DNA of 63,993 bases, filler included, from Choristocarpus tenellus KU-1152 (GCA_964200185.2; 11 parts of 11 records of this genome joined end to end with filler, not necessarily neighbours in it), one strand, 5' to 3'. Positions 13,301 to 25,954 are shown, counted from the whole stretch's first letter. The notes: a model not told the origin generated them from the sequence alone. Translations and numbers: made by a program.

Positions 13301-13868
13301 CTCCCTCTGTCCCATAGGTCTGGGTCGTTAAGGTTTTTTGTTATAAACTTTTACAAATGTGAGACTCAGAAAACTGCAAATAGTATACTTCGATAGCCAA
13401 CAACTTCAATTTGGGCATAGATATCTTCAGATATGTTTTCCTTTCGGAATGGTTGAGAAACCGACCCCTGGGCACAAACTTTCATTTTTGGAAATAGCAG
13501 ATTTACCAAAAACAGCAAAACCGGACAAAAAATGATTCGAAAAGATGGTCAATCGACCATAACGTCTCAACAAGACCTCCGATAAAGACGCGGCGAGTTC
13601 TGTTGAGTTCCTTGGCGTTTATTGGATGAAAGTATGTACTCGTCACGCTCATTTCCCCCCTCAATCCACCAAGTTATGGCCGCGTTGTACGCGTCTCGTC
13701 AATGGAGATCAGGTCATCCAGAACGACCTCGGGAGAAAATGAGAGTGTATATGACTAAAGCCGAAGTTATTGGCTATCGAAGGATATTATTTTGTAGTTT
13801 CTGAATCTCACATTTGAAATGTTAATCACAAAACACCCTAAAGATACAGACTTATGGGACAGAGGGAG
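13301..13868. mobile_element. Stowaway-like Tc1/mariner MITE
   Basis: 22-bp TIR CTCCCTCTGTCCCATAGGTCTG / CAGACTTATGGGACAGAGGGAG with one mismatch; TA on both sides; no recognisable coding region. Confidence 0.9.
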
Positions 13869-14039
13869 TAAGAATATGCTCCATTCTTGCACCCCTTCTC
13901 ACCCCAAAGCATTTCATGCAGTACGTGGCTATGACTATATACCTCTATATCTTTTCTTTGTAGTTCTGATGAAAAATACGAAACAGGTCTACCAAAAAAC
14001 ACACCGATGGCGAAGCGTCTAGGTCAACTCTGCAGAGGA

Positions 14040-14500
14040 ATTGGGCTTCCCTTGCACTATGGAGGACGGTGACCCATTCACAGTGAACCAGAAATTCGAC
14101 ATGGATGTGGTCTTTCATTCTGGGTAACTTGCGGTTCCCTACTGGGACCAAGACCTCCTCCTAGATATTACTTTTAAAGAAGTGCAAGCAGCCTCCCATC
14201 TACCTCGCTCATCCGCCAGCAATGGTGTAGCTGCTGCTACAGCTGAGTTGCGAAAGCACACCCATTACGAGGGTTATTTTGACCCTCGTAGGTTTAACCT
14301 CAACACCATTGTGGTGGAATTTTTTGGGCACCACGGTATGTAAGCAGAACGTTTTCTAGATGGGTTGGCTACACATGCGGTAGGGGGAAGAGGAGCAGGA
14401 GACTACAGCAGGAAAGGACCTGTCAAATACCGTTTACGACAGGTAGTGTCTGTCACAACACAAGTGCCTCTATCAAGACTTATCATGTATTATAAGCTGG
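14040..14500 (+). mobile_element. CRE/R2-group non-LTR retrotransposon remnant, restriction-like endonuclease domain
   Basis: DMDVV...LLLDITF...GVAAATAELRKHTHYEG..F....VEFFG...RLRQVVSVTTQ, with in-frame stops. Confidence 0.75.
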
Positions 14501-14716
14501 AGACACCAGGGACATGATCAAGGAGGGGCTTGTCAGATTCTTGGGATGCTTCTCTAGCTCCTCACCCTGTGGTATAGGGCTAGCTAGGTTGGAGGCATCC
14601 TAGTAGGGGAATGGTGTAACATACCTGGTAATCAAATAGTAAGTAGATTATAGAGAGATATGTTTCACATTTACGACAACTGTTACTTTTACAGGGCTCT
14701 GTATAATATCGAATTG

Positions 14717-14925
14717 AAGTGAAAGTATCTTGGAGGGTACGAGTTTTGCCCTATTTGTCCATTTGGGGGTTGGCTTCCCACGAGGTTTTTTACATTATGC
14801 AAAGGTGTGTCTGGAACAAGGATATTGAAACTTCCTAACAAACAAGATAGCCAAAATTACATCAAAATCGCAACATTGGATTTTGACCCTTAAACGTGGC
14901 TCTACCCTCTAGGATACAATGTCTC
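14717..14925 (-). mobile_element. MITE family 1, internally deleted copy, TSD TTG
   Basis: Reverse-complement similarity to 11616-11873; TTG on both flanks. Confidence 0.8.
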
Positions 14926-16489
14926 TTGACTTTTCCCCTGACACATCTCCAAAATGTCAGAGGGCATAATATAATAACTATTTGAAAAGCAGGTTTGTCT
15001 GATATTGTACCGTTATTGCAGTATTCCATATACCCTAATACTGATTGAGGTTCTTTTCTGAGAACTTCGGTTCAATTGTGTCGAGGATCTTCGGAAGGAT
15101 AGGTTTCCGTTTACTTCCCGTAACATCTCTTCATGAGCACGATTTTTCTAACGTGAATCTCCGATCTCTGAACGGATCTTTTTGTGAAACCTATTCCAAC
15201 CATGATCCTCCCCACTTCTGCAGGCTCCACAATTTCCCGTGAGTTCTTGCAAGTCTTGAACCTGTGTGTCCTTATCCTCGTCCTCTCAGTTACGGTTTAC
15301 CTTGGTCCGTCTGGTCCGTCTTTTCCGGTGATTCTCTTCACCACTCTTGCCTGAGTGAAAAACACCACAACAGAATAATCTAATTCAGAAATACTGTATT
15401 ATTAGTATTATTACCAACGATTATTCATATTATCACTATTACTATCGTACTAAGTATTATTTCTTGCGTTTCTTGTGATGATTGTGGGACGTGGCTAATC
15501 GATTTATAGTGTGCATAGTATGCAAAGATAGGGCGTCATGTTCATGTTGTTTGCCCTGCAATGACTTGCATATTCCAGCAGCCACGCTCTCTGAAGGAAG
15601 AGAATGGAAACGGGGTGGGTAAATTTCAATGTTCTTGCACTCCTTCTTGTCCCAAACACATCAATTGCACCCATTACTATCTTATAGAGATGAATGTCTT
15701 GAGTTGAATGGTCCCATACACTGATCCCAATAATACGTGGAAATTAAATGAGACAATACCATAATCAACTAACGATGAGCATGGAAAACGGTCGAATTAT
15801 CCTCACCAAAACATCCCAACAAAGGTTGTGAGGTAGTGCAAAATAACCTTCTATAATAGCCTCTGACCACCTCCCTGTCAATGCCCCTGACTATACTGAG
15901 TAGTAAATCTCTGTCATCACGTTCAAGGCATTTGAGGTTTTCCACTTTGTGCCCCAAAATACTGTATTCTGGCCCATGGTGTCAACGCCACACCTTAGAA
16001 GGGAAAAATATTGAATTTTGCAGGCAATACTACTTCTACAACTGGTAGGTGTGTATAGGCACATGTGCTGTAGTTCTGGCAATTGCTGGTGGCTCAGGGC
16101 AGCTCTGGCAAGCATTGACAATCTGTGCGCAGCCAAGTGGCACGAAAGAGATAGAGAGAGAGAGAGAGCGTAGGAGTGCAGGAAGAGCCTGCTGGTTGGG
16201 CATCTAAACGCATTTTTTCGTGTGTATATTATTCTTGGCTATGCGTTGGAAACCAAAACTTGATCTCGAGTAAATTCCCAAATGTACGAAGGGCGATGTT
16301 ACCCAATATATATATCACTATGCTCGCTGACATTTTGCTTAAAGATGTCCCGTAAATGAAGAAACACAAGGAAAAGAATATCAACTCAACAACAATATAG
16401 CCTACTTTGTCTTGCTCACGAATTCTGGATTATTATTATTTTATTCTATATTTGCATTCCTCCTTAGTCCTTTTCCTCCCCACATTCTA

Positions 16490-16940
16490 TCAACCGTTGT
16501 GACCAGTCAGTGCGAACCCCCCTTAGTCCCTGATTTCCAGCCACCTTCCACCTCTGATGACCAACAGGGGCGAACCCCCTTCGCCACTGATTTCCAGTCA
16601 CTCTCCCTATCTGATGACCAACCAGTGCGACCCCTTTCGCCACTGATTTCGGGTCACTACCACACCCTTCAACACCACTCAACCCCACACCAGTTACCAC
16701 TCCACCACACCATTGAACACCACTAAAGGCCACTCCACAATCATCCAAGAACACCCCTTCATCATCCCCTTCATACCGTGCCTTTGAGCTAGAGTACATC
16801 TGCCCCGCCCGAACTTGGCCTCCCCTCCCGCCCTGAGATCCAGGTCGGTCGTGAGCAAGCAACAGGGCAGGTGGGTGGGAACTAGCCCTTCTTGTCCTGC
16901 CACCCCAGCCTCTGGTTTCCTCTTCGATTCAATACTGTCC
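16490..16940 (-). mobile_element. Solo or non-autonomous terminal unit of the YR retrotransposon (5' end joined to 3' end)
   Basis: Reverse complement of 16882-16940 matches 31750-31807; reverse complement of ~16700-16830 matches 36620-36760; ~55-bp subrepeats at 16510-16650. Confidence 0.75.
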
Positions 16941-17339
16941 AATCCTTCCCCACTCCTCCTCCGCCTGCCAACCATTTTCTTAACATCTCCCCTCCCTCTC
17001 AACCACTCACTATTTCACTCTTCGTTCCCTTCTTGCTATTTTTTTTCTTTCCTGTCCCCTCCCTTCCCCTGTATCCCCAACCAACCAGGATTCTTCTGTA
17101 AACAAAAATGAGATTACTTCATAAACTTTCCCTTTACGTATTACAGGAAACTCCATCACATACACCAACATAAGTTGTTGCGAATTCGAAACAAGGAAAC
17201 AAGGAAACTTAGGAAACAAGCAAAGCGAAAATACCCCTAAACTAACTATATGAAGGCGATCAAGAATCGAGGGAAAGGTCCTATGAGTCAATCAAGCCCC
17301 TTCTAGCCCATCAGCCCACTGCCTCCACTTTAGAACACA

Positions 17340-17950
17340 TCACGTATGTCTGGAGATTGTGACATAAGCTGTTACTAACACAATCTGTCGCAGGTGTGCC
17401 GTCACTGCTCCCTCCCGACTTGAGCCCTCCACCCACCTACCATCCACAACATGACTCACCAGCTCATACAAAAACTCCTCTGCCTGTGCCCCTTCACGCC
17501 CAAAGCTTTCCACCATGAAGGTGCTGAGTTCAAAACTACGAAGAGGGTCACAAGATCCCTCACAGTGGTTGAGCTTCCAGGCCTCCGCTGCAACAGCATC
17601 AGCAACGCCATTGTTTTGCTGTTGATCGTAGAAGGCGATAATTGGTCCGTTCAACCTCAGTGAAGGCCACATCCAAAAAGAAGCCCTTTTCCTGTCAAGG
17701 GGAAGTGGTCACATAGGGAGTGCCCCCATATGTAACACCTCATCCATGGGAAAATTGCAGTCAATGGTGAAGGGACTTCAATCCTCCAGATACCCACCTA
17801 CCTGCAGGCGCTGCCCAGATACCTCATGATAGGCTACTACTGTCATACTACTTGTCCTCCAGCCATCATACATGCGCATGCATGAGTAGTGTCAACTCCT
17901 TGTCACCTGTATCCGGCTACTATACACTAATGGAGTAGGGCCTCCTCCAC
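17340..17950 (-). mobile_element. CRE/R2-group non-LTR remnant, RLE domain (related to 14040-14500)
   Basis: NGVADAVAAEAWKLNHCEG...FMVESFGREG...HLRQIVLVTAYVTISR; degenerate Cys/His remnant upstream. Confidence 0.7.
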
Positions 17951-19977
17951 CCCTTTCGACCAGCTCACCGTGAGGCAAAATTGTTGGGAATGGAACGTAT
18001 CTATTTTGCTAGCTCAAGGAAGGGTTAGCATGAAAGTTTATCCCGCGGTCTGCACTAACTACTGTACTAATCTGAAGCCGTTGTAGCAGACTCCCATCCA
18101 GTTCTGGGGTTTGTAGGAAGGTTGGGCAGTTGGGAGCAGAAGGAATCGACGCAGACTCTTGTGGCTCAGTGGTGAAGGCAGTAATGACAGTGATGACCTG
18201 CATGGAATTGGCGGGTTAAAGCCCTTGAACATCTTCTTTTCGCGAAAATCTTGTTTCCATTATGACAATTCCATGTAGTAAGAACAACGAATTGTACAAC
18301 CTATACTATTCTATCTGTGCTATACCCACAAAATTCGCGGGACCGACATCAAGGTGGAAAGACTTTAGGGCAGGTCCAGTTGAAGATTCGAGGGTAGAGA
18401 TGGAGGGACGAGCAGTGGGATTGCTGAACCCACGCACAAGAAGCAGAAGCAAGGCAGGAACGGAGAATGTATCATTTGTTTTTAGTGGAACACCTGGTCA
18501 GTAGATACCATGAGAAGTAATGCAGCGTGTAGTGCCTTTGACCACGGGTCAGCATCATCTCCGACTAAGGTACAACCAATAATAATTATACATAGTAAAG
18601 TCTACCCAGCCTGGCCAATGATGACAGTCAGGCCCTCGGCAAACACTGGTGTTGATTGAGAGAATTGACGATGAGGTTGAAGCCCCTCAAATCATATCAT
18701 TATTACCATTCTGAACAACAGTGATGATGTGTATATTATGATGGAAAATACGCTACCAACCGCAACAATATGTATACACTCTCTAAATCTTATCATCGCA
18801 CAAGATAAATCTGTGTGGGAGGTGGTTACCATCGAGTTCCTCATGAAGAGTATACCCTATTTGATACTTGTCAATGCCAACAACAAGTCAAGCACTACCC
18901 CTGCGCAGGATGAATTGGAGAGTATTCCACATGGCAGTTGATGCAATATGATAGACTGAGTTAGGACCAACACTCCTTGGACACCTAGAGACGAACACGA
19001 CTTGCTATGATGTATTGACACCTATGTCATTACTACGACTTCAATATTCAGTATTTTAGGTACCTTCCTTTAGTGAGTGTACCGCACCATCACGGCTGCT
19101 AATAATTAATCTAAAAGATGCTTCTCTGATGCAATTTCGCGAGCTTAACAGTCCGGCACATTCGCAAAATTGTTATTCGTTAGTGTTTGTAATGTCTTGA
19201 AGTACCTAGAATAATAGAAATTCAAAACAGATTGTTGAACCTACTCAACAATTTTGTGTTCTCAACGGGATTATGTGCCCACTGATATTTTGGACATGTT
19301 GTGGTACGAATTCCTAAGGAAAAAGAAGATATGCAGAGTAAGAGAAACGACAGACATAAATAAACTAGACCCCTCTCGTATCTATTGCCTGACGTATCCC
19401 TTAAAGGACTTTCCATCACACCTCATGTGATGTTCTTTCTTCACTGAAAGTTGGCTCTGCAATTGAGCTTCATTGTCAGTACACTTACAATTGCACTCCA
19501 AGTACCTGTCACTGCAACATTATTTTGAATAGATGGTGCAAGACTCCAAGTTGTTCCGACCTTCTTCAGGGTATGCAGTAGTCCAACTTCACCACGTGAT
19601 ATATAGCAACTAACAAACACGACCACACCAACCTGAATCGATACTCTACCAACTCACAGTTAGTGTATGTTACCCAAGACACCGTGTGCACACTTTATTA
19701 ATCTTCCTCTTACCCATCATTGATCGACTGATGCTTGTAATACCCTTTGATTTATACCATAACTTTGTCTGCCATGCCTCCAGCTTGAGTGTTCACTCTC
19801 CCTGAAAGGGCCCCAAAGTATCTGGGGGGGTGGGGGCAGTCTACACGAGGGTGTCCGACCCAAAGGTATCTGGGAGGNNNNNNNNNNNNNNNNNNNNNNN
19901 NNNNNNNNNNNNNNNNNNNNNTTAATTAATTAANNNNNNNNNNNNNNNNNNNNNNNNNNNNNNNNNNNNNNNNNNNN

Positions 19978-21700
19978 CCGTGGTGTGCAACCTGTACACC
20001 TCACAGTAACTCTTCTTCACAATTACGCGTTGGCCACATCCACATGTCATGGCACGGATCATCCCTTTTTTCTCAATCTTATGTTCATCTGCAACACATG
20101 ACACCAACTTCAATGAATACAGTCCTTTAGCTTTAGCTACAAGGACTGGATGGTCCGTACCTGATGTGGTAAACCACAACGATGAATATGAGAGTTGATG
20201 GAAGAGACCACCTCCCTTCAAAGAAGAAGTAGAACTTCACCCCATCAGAGTCAACTGATGTGCCATACCTGCTCCCCACAATGTCCACCACTATAAGCAG
20301 GATGCTGTTGAGCTGCTCCGCCACGCAGAAGCAGCCATTAATAGAAGGTCATTGGTGCATGGAGGTAGGTTGTGTTGACAAGAGGATAATAGAAAGGAAG
20401 AGAGACCAAACACAAGTTTGAAGAAATAAAGTAGTAGCATGGAATGCCCCACTGCTGGTTCATGAATGTGGTTACAGGCCGAGTATTTCCATTGTTTTCC
20501 TTCTATTATTGCACAGTTGTGACGTCAAAGCAATATGACGTTCAACAAATAATAACACGCTCACCATGTACAAGGTCAGATCCAGGATGTCCATCATCTT
20601 GTGAAACCTGGTGTGCAAGGTCAGCATGGAGAATGCCGTGAGGATAACCACTAGGGCAAGCCGTGTGCAAAGCACTGGAAGAACAACCCCTTCGGTGTAC
20701 CCTAGCAGAAGCTCGAATGAACCGAAGAGCAGATGCACAGATAGCTGGACCTGAACACCGAAACGTATCCGAGGAATTACCCAGGACTGGTAGTGCCGTC
20801 GAAATGACTAGGACGAGCGAAAAAACGAAGTTGAAACAGATTGGCTCAGACAGGAAGCAAAGCAAGGACTACGCACAAGGCAGGGTGCAAAGAGCATGGT
20901 ATATACACCAGGGTGAGAATTGTGTCTTGAAGTTTGTTAGAAATCCGCAAGGTCAATGTCTCTGGAGCAAGAGAGGATATAGCAAAACTAGTTTCCTGGA
21001 GTGTGAAGTTATCCAATCACTTTCACTCTCCTCATCTGGTACCCCTAACGATTGTTGAACAGATCTTTACTTACATAAATATACCTTTGCCTAGTCAGGC
21101 AAACAACAGAAAATGAGGGCTACAAATACATCATTTGGTTACCTTCTCCATTGCTGCGTCGAGGAATTCTAGATCCCACCAATTCATTGCCCCTGATCCT
21201 ATCTCCGACTCCTCCTCTGAAGTGGCAGTGATCCCCTCCACAGCTGCAGTTGCCGCCTTGCTTCGCTTAGCCAATTGAAGGAGCGCATTACGTCCCATAA
21301 TAAACGCATTCCTGATTCCCCCCAATCCCTTAGCCGCCACCATGTCCTTGGCATTTGCCTTTGCCAATGAGATGCCCTGAATTGTCAAACCCAGGGAATC
21401 CTGTTCGTGTTTGCTTCCCTCCTCGACGTCACCCACCACAGCCACGCGATGTCGAGCCCCAAGTTTGGCATCCCTTTCTTTCTTTGGCACATTCCTGAGT
21501 ACTGCTGTTTCTACATCGAACTTTCTCTGGGAATTGTGGATGATATTGTGCATATCTTCATCTTTCCCCCCAAACACACGTAGATCATCTTCATCAGTGT
21601 CATTCACCAAGCTCATCACAGGACTGGGCCACAGCGTTCACCTCGCTCATCACTGGGTACCCTGAGATGGATCTCTCATTACTGTGAGGGAGGGATTCCG
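19978..21700 (-). pseudogene. Decayed multi-segment gene of unknown function, possibly transposon-encoded
   Basis: 162-aa ORF 21131-21619 ends at a plausible donor (AAG|GTAACC); further coding-like segments near 20560-20750 and 19978-20330 (TCGCG...YCEVYRLH). Frames are disrupted and no family was recognised. Confidence 0.35.
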
Positions 21701-22564
21701 AACCTCCATTTGTCGTTGATGATATAACCACATGTCGTGTTTGGTATTGTTTGTAGCTTAGGGTGTTTCAAAAACCCTTACGTGTGAAAAAAAAACGGTT
21801 TCTTTTTGCTTGTGTAGTGAAGTAATAATATTCAACAGGTAACTCAGTGAAAGGTGTACTTTTCCTGGCAATCTTTCTTTGACAAACAACAACTGTGATT
21901 GTGATAGCAACCCCGAATAAACGAGATCATGGTGTCCCCCTTCTACTGAGGACACATTGTAATGGTGGAGGGTGGTCAAAAGAACTTCAACTGAGACTCT
22001 GTGTGAGTGAGTGTTGCAGTTGGAAGATAAGATGGGGTGACGAGTTGAAAAGATATTGCAACTTTGTGAAATTGTTAGATGTCGAAGTCGCTATCATAAT
22101 TCTGACCTACTCCTCCTTACCACACCCTTCGTTCTCTTTTGTACATTGGGGATTGCATAAGTCAACTGTTATTAGGGGTAAAGTAAAGGCCTCCGACCTC
22201 ATTCCTGGTGGACCTTGACCTATGTTAGAGTATCTACTTTGCAAAGACCCTCGGACTCTTTCATTGGAATCTAACTGAGAGAAACGTGATCAGATTTGAC
22301 ATCGATTGAACTATGAACCCACATCCATCATAGGCAAGAAACCGCTTTATCCTGCAATGGATACCCTCCTGTTGTCGCTGGATTTGAATTATCTTCGCCG
22401 TGGTGTACCAGATCTTGAGTTTGCTCAGGTATTGCCAGATCGACCTGAGAATTTTATTCATGTTGACCGTCTGGTGGTGAGAGACAGGGATTGAATTACC
22501 TTTGATGGAGGTGAGGACAGGCAGTGGGGAAGGATAAGCAAGGTTGGGATAGTAATGCGACTGG

Positions 22565-25369
22565 ATGAAGGGAAAGACTAGACATGCTATCATGAGTGTT
22601 AAGGGTGTGAAGTGTGTACCGAATCTGTCGAAAGGGTTCAAAGTTGAATCACCTCAAGATGTGCCCAAGGCCAAGGGATCAGCGAAGCAAGGGAAAGCTG
22701 CTCTGACGACTCAGGATTTGAAGGTGGCAGGAGTAAGCAATCTTCGAAGGGAAAGGGGTCTCCTGAAGGAATGTCCCGCGTGCATGAAGGCATGTACTGG
22801 AAAGTCTTCGACATGCACCAATTGTGAGGAGACTTTCCACACCACTTGTGTCGGCTTCTCCACAAAGCACTTTGAGGTGTCTCCGCCTGGTTGGTGCTGC
22901 GCTCATTGTCCCGGTGGGACGATTGGCAGGTATCAGACTGTGGATGGCTACACAATCCCTGTAGGAACACGAATTATAAAGGGTGTGTTTCCTTGGTGCC
23001 CAGTGTGCCTAAAGCAGTGCAAAAACACTCAAGTTGCTAGTCAAAGAACTGTTAAGTGTGTCACGTGCTTGGACCAGGCTCACTTAGCCTGTATTGCAAA
23101 GGTTGCTGTGGTAGGACAGACACCGAGCGAGTCTCCTTCCGCTCTTGTCCCCAATCACGACTCCACTCGTTTGCTCGCACCAGCTATCACCCATAGCTAC
23201 GTCCCTCCTTCTGCCCCTGATCATGCCCCCATGGGCTGGCAATGCTCTCTTTGCAAGAGACGCTATTCAGCAGTAGCAGCAGCAGCGAGGGAAGCAGCTG
23301 CATTGGTGGCAACAGTAACCACAGATCAGTGGGAGTCAAGTCGCCCAGCTCCTGCTGAGAGTGATAAAAGGGTAGGCAAGCCCCCAAACCACCTGACTCT
23401 AGCGAAGGAGCAAAGTGGGGTGGGTTGTGTGAAAGCCAAAGAAACAATGACAGGATCTGAGAGGAAAGGAAAGAGGAAATGGAAAGGAAAGGATACTGGT
23501 ATGGAGAAAGGTGAGGCAAATCAAACAAAGAGGGGTGGGGCCAGGGGGAGGCCAACTTCCTCCCCTGATTTTGACACTTCCCCCTCAACCATAAATGTTG
23601 CTACTGCCTCTGCCATCAATGCCTCTGCTGCTACTGTGGCTATTCTCTCTGCTGGTGCAGATACTTGGTTAGGATCTGTGAAGGGAAAGGGGCGTTTGCC
23701 TAATCGTGCCACTGAAAAAAGGACAATCCATCCGACAGCAGGAACTAGGGAGACAGAGAACAGTGGCACAGTGGCAGCTGCCTTCGAAGGTGGTGATGTT
23801 GCCCCTCCTGGCAACGTGGTGATAGTGAAAAAAGGGAAAGGTAAAATTGCAATCCCTAACGTGTTGGTAGAAACAAGAATTAATAAGAGGGAGAGGAGAA
23901 AAGGGACATCAGTCAGTAGAGGGAAAGGGAGCAGAAAAAAAGCTTGGACAGTGAGGAAGGTGAAGAAAACAATACCCACCAGGGCTATTGAGCAAAGAGC
24001 TACCCCAATTACTTCTTCCCCAACTCTCTGCATCAACACTTCTGATGCTTCTACCTTTGCTCTCTCAGCCACTTCAAATGTTGCTACCACTACTCCTCCT
24101 ACTGTGACCACCTTCACTTGCCCTGCTGGTAGTGAACAGATCATTCCCCCTCTTTCTGTGAGGCCTGGCAAGTTGTCTGATGATGGACTAGGGACTTGGG
24201 CCGAGGATAAGGTCAAGACCAGGTCTAAAGTAGCAACAAAGGGTCGGCCAGGGTTGTTGGAAATGTACACTAGCAAAGCAACGGGCGCTGACGACAGGAG
24301 AGGAGGCAAAAGGCCCACCCCACAGGTTGCAACAGACCTAATGGGTAGGAGTGTTGGAGGTGCTGAGGTAATGGCACCAACAGAATTCTGGGGGGAAGGA
24401 AGTGTGGTCAATCACAGGGGGAAGGTGAAGGACAATGGGATGACAAGCATGAAAAGAGGTGTCAATGGATTGGAGAGTGAGGAGATCACCTTACAGCCAG
24501 CTTCCTTTCCTTTTTCCACTGATGCTGCGACGTCTATTTCTGCCCCCACCACCACAGGGACTCCTTTTCCCCCTGATGCTGCTTGCTTTGCTGGTATTAC
24601 CTCCAGTATACCTGCCTTGTACACAAGAGATCATGCTTCCAGTGCTCACCATGTTGTCACAGGCACAGAAGCAGAATCTATGGCAATTGCTGGTGATGAC
24701 AGTGCCAATGTGGTTGGTAAGGCGTTATCAGCAAAAAAGTCCACGGGAGGGAAAGGGGCTTACTCTGCCTCCGGAGGTGTACTCAAGGCAGTTGTAGGAG
24801 ATGCAAGACCAAAGGATGGTGAGAGGGGTGTGGAAGGGAAGGGTGAGAGTAGATCAGTTGCTGATGCAGGAGGTTGCTGTGTGGCGTGCCAAGAGGCTGT
24901 CAAGGGGGTACAAAGGAAACATCAGTGTTCTACCTGCCTCAGGTACTGGCATCAACAGTGCGCCGAGGCTGCAGCAGCTGCAGCACTGGCACCAGTAACT
25001 GGGGTGAGGGGGGGGGAGGGAAAAATGGAAGTGTGCAATAAATTGCCCTCACGGGGTGACAGTAGGCTCCAGTGTGACTGGGGTGAGGGTCAGGGCATGG
25101 GCTGGTGCTGTGTGGAGTGCACTCTGTCTTGGAAACAGGGAGTTGTCAAGCGTGCAAACAGAGTGATACAAGTCTGGCAGGTGCATGAAACCAAGAGGGC
25201 TGCTGTGATGACCTCTGCTACCACTGACCCCTACTTGGCCACTGGGAGGGATGCTGCTCCTGTATCACATAGGACAGGGTGTGAGAGAGGGGCTGGAGGC
25301 AGTGTCTATCGCCTGAAGGACACCTTGAGGGTGAGAGCCTTTCCGTTTCCCTACAGTCTTGTTGCATAA
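22565..25369 (+). CDS. Large ORF/exon encoding a protein with three PHD-type zinc fingers and an AT-hook-like motif
   Basis: 934 open codons. C4HC3 patterns: CPAC..CTNC..FHTTC..WCCAHC; CPVC..CVTC..AHLAC..WQCSLC; CVAC..CSTC..WHQQC..WCCVEC. RGRP lies in a basic region. Possible donor AGG|GTGAGA at 25331. Confidence 0.75.
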   Translation: MKGKTRHAIMSVKGVKCVPNLSKGFKVESPQDVPKAKGSAKQGKAALTTQDLKVAGVSNLRRERGLLKECPACMKACTGKSSTCTNCEETFHTTCVGFSTKHFEVSPPGWCCAHCPGGTIGRYQTVDGYTIPVGTRIIKGVFPWCPVCLKQCKNTQVASQRTVKCVTCLDQAHLACIAKVAVVGQTPSESPSALVPNHDSTRLLAPAITHSYVPPSAPDHAPMGWQCSLCKRRYSAVAAAAREAAALVATVTTDQWESSRPAPAESDKRVGKPPNHLTLAKEQSGVGCVKAKETMTGSERKGKRKWKGKDTGMEKGEANQTKRGGARGRPTSSPDFDTSPSTINVATASAINASAATVAILSAGADTWLGSVKGKGRLPNRATEKRTIHPTAGTRETENSGTVAAAFEGGDVAPPGNVVIVKKGKGKIAIPNVLVETRINKRERRKGTSVSRGKGSRKKAWTVRKVKKTIPTRAIEQRATPITSSPTLCINTSDASTFALSATSNVATTTPPTVTTFTCPAGSEQIIPPLSVRPGKLSDDGLGTWAEDKVKTRSKVATKGRPGLLEMYTSKATGADDRRGGKRPTPQVATDLMGRSVGGAEVMAPTEFWGEGSVVNHRGKVKDNGMTSMKRGVNGLESEEITLQPASFPFSTDAATSISAPTTTGTPFPPDAACFAGITSSIPALYTRDHASSAHHVVTGTEAESMAIAGDDSANVVGKALSAKKSTGGKGAYSASGGVLKAVVGDARPKDGERGVEGKGESRSVADAGGCCVACQEAVKGVQRKHQCSTCLRYWHQQCAEAAAAAALAPVTGVRGGEGKMEVCNKLPSRGDSRLQCDWGEGQGMGWCCVECTLSWKQGVVKRANRVIQVWQVHETKRAAVMTSATTDPYLATGRDAAPVSHRTGCERGAGGSVYRLKDTLRVRAFPFPYSLVA

Positions 25370-25954
25370 TGTATGTGACTTTACCGATTGGACACAATGG
25401 GATTGTCTTTAACAGCGTACTGGTGGGTAGTCCTGACTTTCACCCCCTGCTTGCCCCTCTCCTCCCCCACTTACGCTGGCAGTCCTTTCCCCAATACATA
25501 TACCCTAAAGTTGTAGTCTCTCCCTGTATCTATTCAATTTGAGTATAGATGTACAAGCATAGCACCAAGGTATCACTAGGACCTTTCTAGGTACGTTGAA
25601 TTTATCCAACCACAGTCTATTCCCCCTTGCTGACTACGCATTTTTATTCCCCCTATGGGGCCATCCCCTTTCCCTGGCGTTTCCTACGCCTAACATTTCC
25701 TCGGCCTGATAAGTTATTGGCAGCCCCCCATACTTTTCTCTTTTTTTCCCTTGCATTGATGCCACCCCTTTCCTCATCCTACGGGTATGTTGCACCTTCC
25801 CCCCCCTCCCCCCCCCCTCCCCCCCCCCCCCCCCCCCCACCCCCCCCCCCCCTANNNNNNNNNNNNNNNNNNNNNNNNNNNNNNNNNNNNNNNNNNNNTT
25901 AATTAATTAANNNNNNNNNNNNNNNNNNNNNNNNNNNNNNNNNNNNNNNNNNNN

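Noticed and set aside
23521-24411. 296-aa antisense ORF
   Set aside because: Shadow of the PHD ORF with no motifs of its own.
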